64,000 nucleotides of DNA. Source: Tubiluchus corallicola (taxonomy: Eukaryota; Animalia; Priapulida). Of the stretch, positions 49,901-61,100 are shown one piece after another (the first letter of the stretch is position 1; each line of letters opens with the position of its first letter). Location of the stretch: assembly GCA_030141605.1 (NCBI GenBank), contig JAQGDQ010000199.1, positions 124,001-188,000 on the forward strand, read 5' to 3'. The notes beneath the pieces were generated by a model. It did not search any database. It was not told the DNA's origin and worked only from the letters and a program-made list of their open reading frames with translations. Position numbers and translations under genes: made by a program.

Positions 49901-51843
49901 ACAACCTACTCTTTAAAATATTGAATACTATTTTTTAAAAATAAATGGCAGTAAGTTTTACACTTGAATTCTTATCTTAAAACCTGCCTAGTTTTAGTAC
50001 AACACACTGAATATCTTACAGTAGCACTGTACTTCAATTTTTGCTTTTGCAACTACGTGCAATTTTGCAACACGCTCGTGGAATATTTTTGCTGTTGAAA
50101 ATTATGTTAGTTTGTGATGTTATCAATAGTTGGGCTCGTCTGCCATTAATTAAGTTTTTAATATATTATTTAATTATCATAAACGCCTTTGCAGTATTAA
50201 CTGTGTTAAAATGTATACTTTTGTCGGACTTGAAAATGCGGTAGTATATGAAAAATCATCCTGCCTTCCTTTAAAGATGTTCCTAGTTATGCATGTGAAT
50301 AATGTATGTTGATTTCAATTTTGACACGTTCACGTGCCTACAACATTGGCAATTTATGCTTAGCAATTTGCCACTTTGACGTGTGTTATTTATATTTTTA
50401 GCCTATAGTTATGCATTTGGCTTGCGTTACACTGGGCATGAGTATGGAAGAGGTGCTGATTGCTTCAACTATAAATGCCGCTGCCTCCCTGGGTAAGGCC
50501 AAAACTCACGGTTCCATAGAATGTGGCAAGAAGGCTGACCTCTTGGTCATCAATGCGCCGAGGTAAATATTGTCCGATTAAACATTTTTACATATTTGGA
50601 AATTAGTAGATTCTGCTGTTTCTGATGTGGTATTTGCTAATTGGATAGTCGCTTGTTGCTCCGCCCATGACGGTCACGTGATCCAGAACAAAAGTGCTAC
50701 TTCTCATGAACATCTAACTTTATCATTTTATGAGTAATTGTAACAATGAAGTCACTGATTGCGCAGTTGTAGCAATGAATAAAGTTTATTTTAATGGGAT
50801 GCTTGACTTTTAAAGGGTAACATGATTTGTTGCTTGTCTGCGCAAGTATTTGTACATGTAAATGCTTTTGCAAGTGATTGGATTTAGAGCCTTACTTTTT
50901 CAAACACTTCACTCTTATCTATATGAAAATGTGATGAAATTTACCACCAAATTAACAGCTATGCAGGACACCATAACTTAATTAACTAAAAGTGGACAAA
51001 CGTCCATGTAAAACACTTAGACATGGTTAAAATATTTTTTTAGCCCTTCATTCGTAGGCCATTCTCAGAAAACACCTAGGCAGTGTCAGAAATAATTCTA
51101 ATTAAATTTAAATAATCTTCGATTTTGGAATAAGACTTAACACTTAAAAAGTATTGAATTTTGTCGTAGAAGCATTTAATTATGTAACACAGGAAATCTA
51201 CACAGTCCTCAAATGGCTTGTATCAGCACTTGACTAATGCAGTCAAAAAACCAGGGGTAAATTTCCACCATAGGTAACTCACATTCTGATGTGATAGTTA
51301 AAAAAATAAATAGCAAAAATGCTCAAGATTGTTATAATTCGATTCCCTTGTTTCAGGTAGTAAAAGTGTGCAGCCTGATTGCAAGTGAAGACTGAAGAGA
51401 GTGATTTTGACACATTTGACATGTGTGCTTTGACACATGTGACACGTGTAGCTTGAGACATTTGACACGTGTGTTTTGACACATTTGACGTGTGCTTTGA
51501 CACGTGTGTTTTGACACATTTAGCACGTGTACTTTCACACATTTGACACGTGTGCTTTCACACATTTGTCATATGCATTTTGGCACATTTGACATGTGCG
51601 TTTTGACACATTTGAAACGTGTGTTTTGACACATTTGATATGGGTATTTTCACATATTCGAAACATGTTTTGACACATTTGACATGTGCATTTTGACACA
51701 TTTGGTACGTGTTTTCTGACACATTTGATACGCATTTAGACATATTTTTCAGATGGGAACATCTCATTTACCAGTACGGCAGCCACGCAGAGCTAATCGA
51801 CAGCGTCATTATCAATGGGGACATTGTTTATTCAAAACATTAG
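38049..51843 (+). CDS. AMDHD1: Imidazolonepropionase (HutI / amidohydrolase domain-containing 1), complete 11-exon CDS, 436 aa
   Basis: join(38049..38212,38998..39104,39931..39995,40483..40618,41395..41536,42347..42464,45018..45125,46387..46532,49735..49807,50402..50562,51753..51843) = 1311 nt. All introns GT-AG and in frame. Motifs: PGLIDSHTHPVWAG (metal HxH), YMEIHAAGGGI, GTTLVECKSGYG, GAHSVP, DVFCEKGVF, FHGEE, SHLEE, ALGTDFNPN, WEHLIYQYG. Confidence 0.97.
38998..39104 (+). CDS. AMDHD1: AMDHD1 exon 2
   Basis: NGLIADIGTDDDIKRSFARTEFQHTIDASGKCIFP. Confidence 0.93.
39145..39503 (+). mobile_element. 5S rRNA-headed SINE, second copy (3'-truncated), in AMDHD1 intron 2
   Basis: 5S-like head at 39145-39262 plus ~200 nt colinear with the 25723-26262 copy. 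It ends in (CTTTGTATGGAA)x3. Confidence 0.85.
39931..39995 (+). CDS. AMDHD1: AMDHD1 exon 3
   Basis: GLIDSHTHPVWAGDRVHEFKMK. Confidence 0.96.
40483..40618 (+). CDS. AMDHD1: AMDHD1 exon 4
   Basis: LAGASYMEIHAAGGGIGFTVEHTRRATEAELYESLCERLWRMIKC. Confidence 0.96.
41047..41346. mobile_element. Small TIR element family F (related pieces at ~33320-33490 and ~46005-46324)
   Basis: Shared CACACTAGACAG / AAATCAACTC / AGAGAGAAAA blocks and GCACYGTAA-like ends; superfamily uncertain. Confidence 0.5.
41395..41536 (+). CDS. AMDHD1: AMDHD1 exon 5
   Basis: GTTLVECKSGYGLDAETEVKLLRVIESAKRTVPIGISSTFCGAHSVP. Confidence 0.96.
41646..41989. mobile_element. Tc1/mariner-pogo-like MITE family C, copy 2 (AMDHD1 intron 5)
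   Basis: Near-identical to 12438-12762, with a longer G-run; TA TSD. Confidence 0.88.
42170..42310 (-). mobile_element. Possible LINE ORF2 C-terminal zinc-knuckle remnant
   Basis: EDQRLCLFCKSNSIESELHVL resembles the R.C..C....E...H LINE C-terminal motif. Confidence 0.4.
42347..42464 (+). CDS. AMDHD1: AMDHD1 exon 6
   Basis: GKTADQATDDVINVQLPQVKQLMDDDEIHVDNIDVFCEK. Confidence 0.95.
43724..44006. repeat. Compound (TG)n-(CA)n-(TA)n microsatellite
   Basis: Directly visible. Confidence 0.96.
45018..45125 (+). CDS. AMDHD1: AMDHD1 exon 7
   Basis: GVFNVEQSRRILEAGKAAGLQLNFHGEEMNQLNSAE. Confidence 0.95.
45318..46000. repeat. 50/51-bp minisatellite, ~13 copies (AMDHD1 intron 7)
   Basis: Unit CTACCAATAGCAGCCAAACAAGAAAATCAATAATCTACTAAGAGCAACTTT and a CAGTCAG/CAATCAG variant. 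Confidence 0.95.
46387..46532 (+). CDS. AMDHD1: AMDHD1 exon 8
   Basis: MGAELGAHAISHLEEISDAGIQAMAKSGTVAVVLPTTAHILHLKPPPV. Confidence 0.95.
47175..47556 (-). mobile_element. Probable decayed RTE 3'-end fragment
   Basis: (GAT)n-type tail at 47177-47190 and a GRRPRGGQ-like C-terminal motif on the minus strand; contains an internal ~58-bp duplication. Confidence 0.45.
47557..48332. repeat. 31-bp minisatellite, ~25 copies (AMDHD1 intron 8)
   Basis: Unit GATCCTGATTTGTTCTTTGTTAAATCATATA. Confidence 0.96.
49735..49807 (+). CDS. AMDHD1: AMDHD1 exon 9
   Basis: QMINAGVAVALGTDFNPNAFCLSM; GTAAGT donor. Confidence 0.96.
49867..50270 (-). mobile_element. Family B copy (internally deleted) in AMDHD1 intron 9
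   Basis: Reverse-complement match; ends ATCATCCTGCCTTCCT|TTAA. Confidence 0.7.
50402..50562 (+). CDS. AMDHD1: AMDHD1 exon 10
   Basis: PIVMHLACVTLGMSMEEVLIASTINAAASLGKAKTHGSIECGKKADLLVINAP. Confidence 0.96.
51405..51745. repeat. ~23-bp degenerate minisatellite abutting the last AMDHD1 acceptor
   Basis: Unit approximately TTTGACACATTTGACACGTGTGY, about 14 copies. Confidence 0.9.
51753..51843 (+). CDS. AMDHD1: AMDHD1 last exon
   Basis: WEHLIYQYGSHAELIDSVIINGDIVYSKH-TAG. Confidence 0.95.
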
Positions 51844-52505
51844 ATCACCAGAAAACTTTTGGCTGCCCTATCCTGTTGTAAAGTTACAACCGTAATGCTT
51901 CAGCAAAATGGATATCAATGTGTGGAGCAATTACCATCATTGGATCGTGATGATTACTGTTGGAGTTGAACTCAGAGCCTTTGGAATTGCAGTCAGAGGG
52001 CAATAAGTAGATACAGACATTATTACTGATTTCTGGAGAAATGAGTAATTTTACATGTGTGCTTGCAAAAAAAAGAACGCCCATAAGTTGCCACAGCTAA
52101 AACTACATTACAGTGCTTCAACGTTAGGATGCATCAGGTCGGTTTTACAAAAACAAATAATAAATGTGTTGGATTTAATAATTCTAACATTGAATTGCAG
52201 TCTGACCATTGTAAAAATACTAAAAGTTTAATTTTTATGACCCGTTTTCCTCTCTTCTGCCTAAAGAAACTAATATATAAATTCTGAAATCACATTTTCA
52301 AACTCGAACAGTAGCTTTTAGAAGCAGCCATTTTGCTTTCCGTTTTTCTTTTCTCAAGCCCAGAACTACATCTGGAAGAGCCATCTTACCGGATTTATTT
52401 AGACATAACCTCAATATACTTTTACGAAGCCGACAGTAACCAGTCTTCTGAGCACTTGCTAAGTGTTTTTCTAAAAACTAAATAAAAAATAATGGCAAAC
52501 TTTAA

Positions 52506-53062
52506 AGCAAAACTGGACCCAATCTTAAACTGCAGGTCAAAACAATCTACTCTTTAAAATATTGAAAGGAAACGTATGATTTTTTCAAAAATGAATTGCG
52601 TGAAAAAATTGCACACAAACACAATTTCGTATGCTCGCCACTAGTTCTTCGTTACTACATGCATTTCACCATTTGATAATTAGTCTGCATTTTGGAAACG
52701 GGTTGCACAAAAAACAGGTGTTGTACCTCTTGGTTCAGATGTGTTAGTTTGTGGCAAACTACACATGTTCAACAGCTCATCCATGTGCACAGTGGTAAAT
52801 ACTGCTAGAATACTGGGCAACTATACTGAATATCTTGCAGTAGCACTGTACTTCAATTTTTGCTTTCGCGAACACATGCAACACACTCATGGAATATTTT
52901 TGTTCGTGAAGTCATCAATAGTTGGCTTCGCCTGCCATTAATTAAAATTTTAATCTATCATTTAATTAACAGAAATGCTTTTGCAGTATTAATTGTGTTA
53001 AAATGTACATGTTCTATCCGATTTGAAAATAGGGTAGTATATCAAAAATTATGCTGTCTTCA
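52506..53062 (-). mobile_element. Family B copy downstream of the AMDHD1 stop
   Basis: Reverse-complement match; carries the empty single TTAA site at 52525-52528. Confidence 0.7.
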
Positions 53063-54339
53063 TGTAACCGAGATTTTCTCAAGAATGTTTTTCAGCACAC
53101 AGTGTGCACTTCAACTTCAACGTGGATTATCTCAACTTAGAAATAACATAGAGCTGTGGGAATAACTAAAAAAACTCAATTTCACGTTTGGACGATTATG
53201 CGATGCAAGCACACATTTGGAGAATATTTCAATTTACATATTATTTTTACCATCCATACATGTATCAGAGCTGCTTAGTTGGCATTATTCTCTTATTTGA
53301 GTAAATATTTTTTTTTTGTTAATCAACTTCATGGTCACTTTTATTCAGATATTATAACAGTATTTTTGATACTAACCTTTATTTTTCTAGTTAAAAATAT
53401 ATTATTATGAATGATATAGTATTACATGCAATTTTGTGATGAAATAATGCACAATTATGTGCACTATAAATTGTTTTGTGTCCTGGGCATACTCACTATG
53501 TACTAGATATCATATATGTGGATTGTATAATCATTTCTACAAAAATAGTTAAATGGTGTTTAGGTGTGTAATGCTATGGTGCTATGTAGTGTGAATCTGT
53601 GATACTAATTAAATTTTATTGAAGAGAATAGAACTAGTTACTTACTTTTTACATTAATAAAAGTATTTTATTTTGTCATTGTTTATTTGTTTTTTACAGT
53701 TTTGCATACTGCAAATAGAATTTAGTCCTAACATAAGGACCCGTTATTAATATTCACAACTGTTGAGAGTTGTTATGTAATAAAGGGGAAACAAATAACA
53801 AAGTTTGCCATTATGTAACAAAATGACACATTATGTAATTTTACTTCATTACTTAATTTTTGCATCACCATTTTAAGAACAATCCTTGTACATGTATAAC
53901 AAATATTGATGCATTATGTACGAATCACAAAATTTTTCATTGTGTAACAAATTTTACATCATTTAACTGGTTGTGTGACATTGCATAACAATCATTATGT
54001 AACAAATGCAATCCAATACATAATGTGCTAACATCGTGTTGGTCGTGATACATAGCAAGATCCTAATTGTCACAGTCTTTTTGCTGATGTACTTAGACTG
54101 GGTCAGTTAGATTCTGTTCCAAATACTGGTCTGGCACCGGTATGGTATGCATGGTCTTTGGATGGTCAGCATGAGGTACAATTTCATGTTACTCTATTTC
54201 ATGTTTGCTCAGTATCAGGTTTTTGGTTTTGTAGTACAAATGTTGCCTTTAAACCTGTTTTATACTTGTGGAACATGAAATAGATTAATTTTCCCAATAA
54301 TGCCGTGCTTCACATGACAGACTGGTGTAATGTACATGA

Positions 54340-55745
54340 TAAGCTTCGCACACGCAGTACGTATAAGCTTTGCATCGTGTAGTACGTATAAGCTTCGCAT
54401 CGTGTAGTACGTATAAGCTTTGCATCGTGTAGTACGTATAAGCTTTGCATCGTGTAGTACGTATAAGCTTTGTATCGTGTAGTACGTATAAGCTTTGCAT
54501 CGTGTAGTACGTATAAGCTTTGCATCGTGTAGTACGTATAAGCTTTGCATCGTGTAGTACGTATAAGCTTTGCATCGTGTAGTACGTATAAGCTTTGCAT
54601 CGTGTAGTACGTATAAGCTTTGCATCGTGTAGTACGTATAAGCTTTGCATCGTGTAGTACGTATAAGCTTTGCATCGTGTAGTACGTATAAGCTTTGCAT
54701 CGTGTAGTACGTATAACTTTGCACAGAGTACGTATAAGCTTTGCATCGTGTAGTACGTATAAGCTTTGCATCGTGTAGTACGTATAAGCTTTGCATCGTG
54801 TAGTACGTATAAGCTTTGCATCGTGTAGTACGTATAAGCTTTGCACACGCAGTACGTACAAGCTTTGCATTATGTAGTACGTATAAGCTTTGCATCATGT
54901 AGTACGTATAAGCTTCGCACACACAGTACGTATAAGCTTTGCATCGTGTAGTACGTATAAGCTTTGCATCATGTCGTACATAATAAACTTTGCATCATGT
55001 AGTACGTATAAGCTTTGCATCATGTAGTACATAATAAACTTTGCACATGTAGTACGTAATAAGCTTTGCATTCATGTAGTACGTATAAGCTTTGCATCGT
55101 GTAGTACGTATAAGCTTTACATCGTGTAGTACATAATAAACTTTGCATCATGTAGTACGTATAAGCTTTGCATCATGAAGTACATGTACATAATAAACTT
55201 TGTACATGTAGTACGTAATAAGCTTTGCATCATGTAGTACGTATAAGCTTTGTATCAGGTAGTACATAATAAGCTTTGCATCATGTAGTACGTATAAGCT
55301 TTGCATCATGTAGTACATGTACATAATAAACTTTGCACATGTAATTCGTAATAAGCTTTGCAGCGTGTAGTACGTATAAGCTTTGCATCAGGTAGTACAT
55401 AATAAACTTTGCACATGTAGTACGTAATAAGCTTTGCATCATGTAGTACATAATAGGCTTTGCATCGTGTAGTACTTATAAGCTTTGCACATGTAATGCG
55501 TATAAGCTTTGCATCATGTAGTACGTCTAAGCTTTGCATCGAGTAATACGTATAAGCTTTGCAACGTGTAGTACGTATATAGTATATATTATGAACGATG
55601 TAGTACATAATAAACTGCATCATGTAGTACGTATAAGCTTTGCATCATGTAGTACGTATAAGCTTTGCATCGTGTAATGCGTATAAGCTTTATATTATGT
55701 AGTACATAATAAACTTTGCATCATGTAGTACGTATAAACTTTGCA
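54340..55745. repeat. 25-bp minisatellite, >50 copies
   Basis: Unit GTAGTACGTATAAGCTTTGCATCGT. Confidence 0.96.
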
Positions 55746-56055
55746 GCAAAACAAAGCCGTGGCTGATCATATCGTTTAGTTTTATTTTCGAACAAACACA
55801 TCAATCGCAAATAAAAAATTACATGTAATACGGTTTTCACCTTAACTTAATACCTTTAACTGAAAATAACACGTGAAATCATTAATTGCAACCAGTTCCA
55901 CTTTAATAAGATTTTTATCATAATAATAGACACTTTACAAAACCACAATAATAAGAAAGTTTTGATTTTTGGATATCAGCAATGCTTCACCTGAACACTC
56001 TGATATCAAAGGACGCGAGCAGGATTAAACATTCGCTCTGCAAATTCACTAGAGC

Positions 56056-56260
56056 CACTTAATGATTTCATATGATTACCAGAACACTATTGTACTCTGA
56101 TTTGTTAATAATGTAGCCTTGTTGAGATAAGCAGTCTTATTTTCAGATGAAAAATGCACTAAAGTCACTTAATGATTTCAAAAGATTACCAGAACATGCT
56201 ATTGTACTCTGATTCATTAATAATGTAGCCTTGTTGAGATAAGCAGTTTTATTTTCAGAT
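56056..56260. repeat. ~110-bp direct tandem duplication
   Basis: CACTTAATGATTTCA...TTATTTTCAGAT is present twice. Confidence 0.85.
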
Positions 56261-56489
56261 ACATATTAACATAACATGGAATGGTAGCAGCTCATTCCTG
56301 AAGGACCAGTGCTGTAATAGTGGAAATTGTACCGTCGTTTAGAAATTGTGTTTCAGTCAGTGTTTTACAGAAAAGTAAACGTCGAAACAGGGAAATTAAT
56401 GTTAAAAGTTGCCTGTAACTTATCTTGCGTCTGCCGTACTAGTTGAACTGGTGCTTAGAGGATAAACGCATCTGTCCGTCTGTCTGCTG

Positions 56490-57030
56490 AATCAACGAGG
56501 CAATTCCATATCAGGAGTTTTATACCTCAAAATGGGACCTTTGACAATTTCCATTAACGAAGTGTCATCAACAAAGAGACGTATGACACAACTAGTATTT
56601 TGGATTACATTGTCAATGAAAACTAAAAATAAAATTGGACCAAGAATGGAACCTTGGGAGACACCAGCATTACTGAAGCCATAGTCAGAGTATTTGCCAA
56701 TTAATGCAATACGCTGACAATGGTTAGACAAATAAGACTCGAACGAGTTTAGCAAATTCCCTGTTATACCGACTTGCTTTAGTTTAAACCACGATGACAG
56801 ACCTTATCAAATGCTTTAGAGATGTCCAGGAAGACAACTCCTACCTCAAATCCCGCATCAAGTACCTGATAAATATTGTGCACAATATGAAGAAGCTGAT
56901 AAATTTTAACATCATTTGGTTTGAGCTCAGAGCTTGTAAACATTAGTAAATAATTATCGGCAATAAGGTAATAAACAATTCTTTCCAAGACCTTTGACAA
57001 ACAAGGTAAAAGTGACACAGGCATACAATG
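56490..57030 (-). mobile_element. Decayed CR1/L2-group LINE reverse transcriptase fragment
   Basis: PVSLLPCLSKVLERIV, FLDISKAFDKV, YLSN..QR, GVSQGSILGPILFLVFI, LFVDDT (YADD box decayed); frameshifted. Confidence 0.85.
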
Positions 57031-57729
57031 TTCCTTTCAAATGTCCTTCCCTTTCTTCCTTTCCTTTCTTTTCCTTTCTTCATTTAGTAATTTAATTTCC
57101 TTTAGTCTAACACTATTAAGCCCTATATCCATTGATATTTTCAGCTTCAGCACGGCAAAATTCTGCCGTGTTTTTATTTTAGTTTTTACATATTTTTTAT
57201 TCAAATTTCCTTTGATTTTTCACTTGTTCTTTATCAATAATATACCAGTTCGATATACCAGCTCCCGTCATATTGATATTTTATCGAGGAATACCAATGA
57301 AGAATAGAGAAAATGCTTAACAGATTGCAAAGAATCAACATATGAACAAAAAAGCTGTCTGATTGGCAACTGAAATCAGATTAACTTTTATAGCAGCTAT
57401 ACAAAAGTCATTTTCTTTTTTTGGATTATGCAAAATTAGCGTACTTTTGAATGCATTTCATTAAATCTTCATTTGACCTAGAGAAGCAGAAACTTCACTA
57501 ATAATCCATAAAGCCTATGTTAAGAGGAATACAAATGTAATAATTGAAATAGAACTTTATTGTTTCATCTCAAGACTGTGTTTACCATGCATTTAACCTG
57601 TTGTAATACATTTATGATGATACAAATGGCGATTTAAACTAAACTTGCCAAGAGAACCATAGATCTAATCCTATTAATTGAAAGCAAAGTGATCCTATTT
57701 AAAGGAAAAACCTAAAATAGATGGGTTCT

Positions 57730-58144
57730 TTAGGGACAAGTGTGTTCTGTAGTTTTCTTAATCACTTCCCCACGCAACATTCCATTGTTGATGTCACACC
57801 ATGCAAATACATTTCCCTCACTTGCATAACAGTCTGCATACAAACGGCTGACTTCATCATCAGTTAGTTGATAGTCGTAGAAGTTCAACCCTGTTATTGA
57901 ACCCATAAAACATTGATCAGTTTCAAAGCCTCCAACTGGATAGCTGTCCGAGTCCTGTCCTATCACGAGTGTGCCACCATCAAGTATTTTGTTAGTTGCC
58001 TTTTTATTAGTGCTGCTGTATACGTGAAATCCATTTATGTAAAGTTTGTGGCCACCAGATCCAGTTTTCCACATCAGGCAAAGATGATTCCAGCTGCCAT
58101 CATGGAGTTGTATGATAACGTCAGAGTAAATATACTCTTTGTCA
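57730..58144 (-). CDS. pentraxin gene terminal exon
   Basis: TTTCAG|DKEYIYSDVIIQLHDGSWNHLCLMW...VIGQDSDSYPVGGFETDQCFMG...HTCP-TAA. Confidence 0.88.
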
Positions 58145-61100
58145 CTGAAAACAAGTAATTTTGAATTCATAAATTTTATCAACTAGTTTACAGGTGAACA
58201 AAGTGTCCTACCTTTATACTCCTACAGCGGTCTTAACTGAACTTTATGTAAATTTCACAAAAAATTCGTGGATTCTCATAGGAACCTTGAAGATCAAAAT
58301 GGGATGCCTATACAGGTGAAAAACCAATTATTGGTAAACTAAACAGTTAACCAGTTATAAAGCTTGTTAATAACTGTTCGGCTAACTAGTAGGTCAAATA
58401 GTTCACTACTTAGGCATTAGAGTGAAAACTTTAATGTTTAATGTTTTAATGTATATTGAATTGAAGGTGAAATATTTCACCTTAAATTCAATACACAAGG
58501 GAGAGAGGAGGGCTGATGTTAACCGATGAATCAATTCCTGATTTGACACTGCTTATTTCTCTGGCGACCAAGTGACCATTAACCTAGTAATGTTTCTTAG
58601 TCAATGCTGCCTACTTCATCCACCTGGTATCTTATGCCTAGTGTATCTTTGCCATGCTTTAACAATGAGGAAAGATTTTTATGTCGGGTGGCGCAAAAAA
58701 TGTGACGAATTTTAGACAAAAATAATATTAAAACAAGTGTTCTGCAAAACTGATTTTTACAGCATGATACAACAATCCATTTGTTATTCTCTGTGAATGT
58801 TGTAAGTTTGTTTTTAGATTTTGAATGTTATTTTTTTATTAAATACATGCACAGGAATCAGGAACAATGCAGTAGCAATGTCAAAATCTTCATCAAATAA
58901 AAAATAGCCTTGCGGACTTATTATAATCACCTAATACTTGCCACAAAACCAATAAAGAAATCATTTTTATAGCAAGGTTTCGCCAAAGAAAGTAAAGCAC
59001 TGATGAAGATTTTTTGCCAGAAAAAATGGAAGTTAACCCTATGCACTACAGCAGGGGTGTGCAAATTGCGGCCCGCGGGCCACTTGCGGCCCGCCGACAG
59101 AATTTGTGCGGCCCACGAAGAGATTTGTCAGCCTAATGAAAGTGCGGTCCGGGCAATTAATTGAGTGTATCCAGCTGAAGTCTGTGCCACGATCCCAAAG
59201 ATAGTGCGGGTAGTTTTTTCTACTAGATCGGATGCCATTAACCCTTACAAGACGGTTGTAGCTTAATGTCACTGTACTACACAGACTGTGTGATACACAT
59301 TACTAATATGCATTGTAATGAAATTACCACTATCTGTCGTGAAAGTAGAATTACATGGTTTGTAATATAAATTTTAATAACTTCTAAAGCAGTTTCTTGA
59401 GTGTAGTAGTAATGATGTACGCAGGTCGGGTGCAAAAAAATCGTTATTAGGCCTTTCTGTACTTGGCTCCTTGATCAAACTGCCTGTGGCCCGCAGGAAT
59501 TGTCAGATAAATTACACACCCCTGCACTACAGTATGATGAATTTGCAGAGGAAGTGCCCGACGACCGCTCGAAGCCGTTGTATTTAGAGAAACTAGAGGA
59601 AACATTTGCTGAGTACTGGGACCAAATATCCTTTAAAGAAATAACAAGCTGTGTCAGCTGTTGGGAAAACGCCTTCGTCTAAAGTTCGCAATAAAATGTT
59701 GGACACACAGAGCACTTGCTGTGACTTTTAACAGTAGTGACGAGCATTTTTACACAACTTATTTTTTTGTCTTTTTGTTTTAAAACTTTTGATGTTTGGA
59801 ATAATCTTTAAGGAATTTTTTTTGGTGTTTTCACACTAGTATTTGTAACATCAGTATTTTATAATCGCCATTTAAACTTCGGTCTCCTGATATATTATTA
59901 GGCAGTGAGATAGATAAGCAGACAAACTGACTGTAAAGTATTCATACCCGTTTACAGAAAACGTCACTCTGTTCTGGTATTCTGTCAAATGACTTGCATA
60001 CACCTTAATATAAATTGCGTTTGGCGAATATGATGTGGAGTAAGAAAATATGTTTATGTCTCTCTCGTCTTTAGACATGTTCATCTTCATCCACTCGCAA
60101 ACTGTAAACTGGTCCATGTACACAGGAGCATCGATATCAATTGAAAAGTAACTTGTATTGGTAAGCCTTGGAAAGTAAAGTTCAACTGGGCAACTTCCTG
60201 TAATAAACAAAAAAAGAAAATAAATAAATCACAAACACCATCTCATTTTCCTATGTTTACTTTGCTTCTCTGCTTTGGTACCCATATCCAGATCTGTTTA
60301 ACTCCTTAAACATGCAGCATTTCGCATGGCTTCATGAAAAAATACTCTCAGGTAAATAGAGACTATGTTATGGTTGACTCCTCATACAGTGAGGTTTCTA
60401 CACCTCATACAATGGACTTTCATGCAAAATTATATGTGAAATGCATCTGCTTACTTTAGGCAAGTTAATATCGATTTTTAACAAAAAATTGCAAAAAGTT
60501 TTCAGTAACTACAGTGTTTGCCCTGTAAGAATGTACAGTGTCAAGAACATGCAGAAAATTTCAACTATCCAGACACAACACACTGATACATTTTGGCCTC
60601 AAGTCTACTCTATTTTTAAGGAGAAATTCCTGTTAAAAGATGAAACGACCTGAATTTGTCCTTGGCATGACGTTTTTCATGGAACAGCAGCTGAACACTG
60701 CACAGCTGGGCTGTAGCAAGCAGGCTATCGGGTCATTTCAAGTCAATTCACTCAAAATTTTACATGATCTACACCAGACAATCTGGGATTTTGATGAAAC
60801 TTGACATGAGTATGTAAGAAATTGGTCCTAGAAATGCGATAACTAAAGAGGTTGTGCTGGGTGCGAGCACATGTCGTAGGCTGTACTGAAGTTTATCGTA
60901 AAGTAGCGCCCGACCAACAAGTGGCACCTGGCATTTGTTAGTATATGTAGTTTATACTAGAGAGAAAAGAGGTGTGTAAAATATGTGAAAAAAGGAAAAG
61001 TAAGGCTGGTCAGTAAGAATAGGATAGCGATAGATAAAAAGTTTCGTAAAAGAGGATCTTGGGAAATAGGTTTATACATTATAGTTCATAGTTATTTAGG

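Noticed and set aside
54260-55623. Repetitive ORFs (YVLHDAKLIRTTRCKAY...)
   Set aside because: A stop-free 25-bp repeat read in all three frames; no coding signature.
59932-59947. Alternative pentraxin donor ACA|GTCAGT at 59932
   Set aside because: It gives phase 0, incompatible with the phase-2 acceptor at 58144; GG|GTATGA at 59948 fits.
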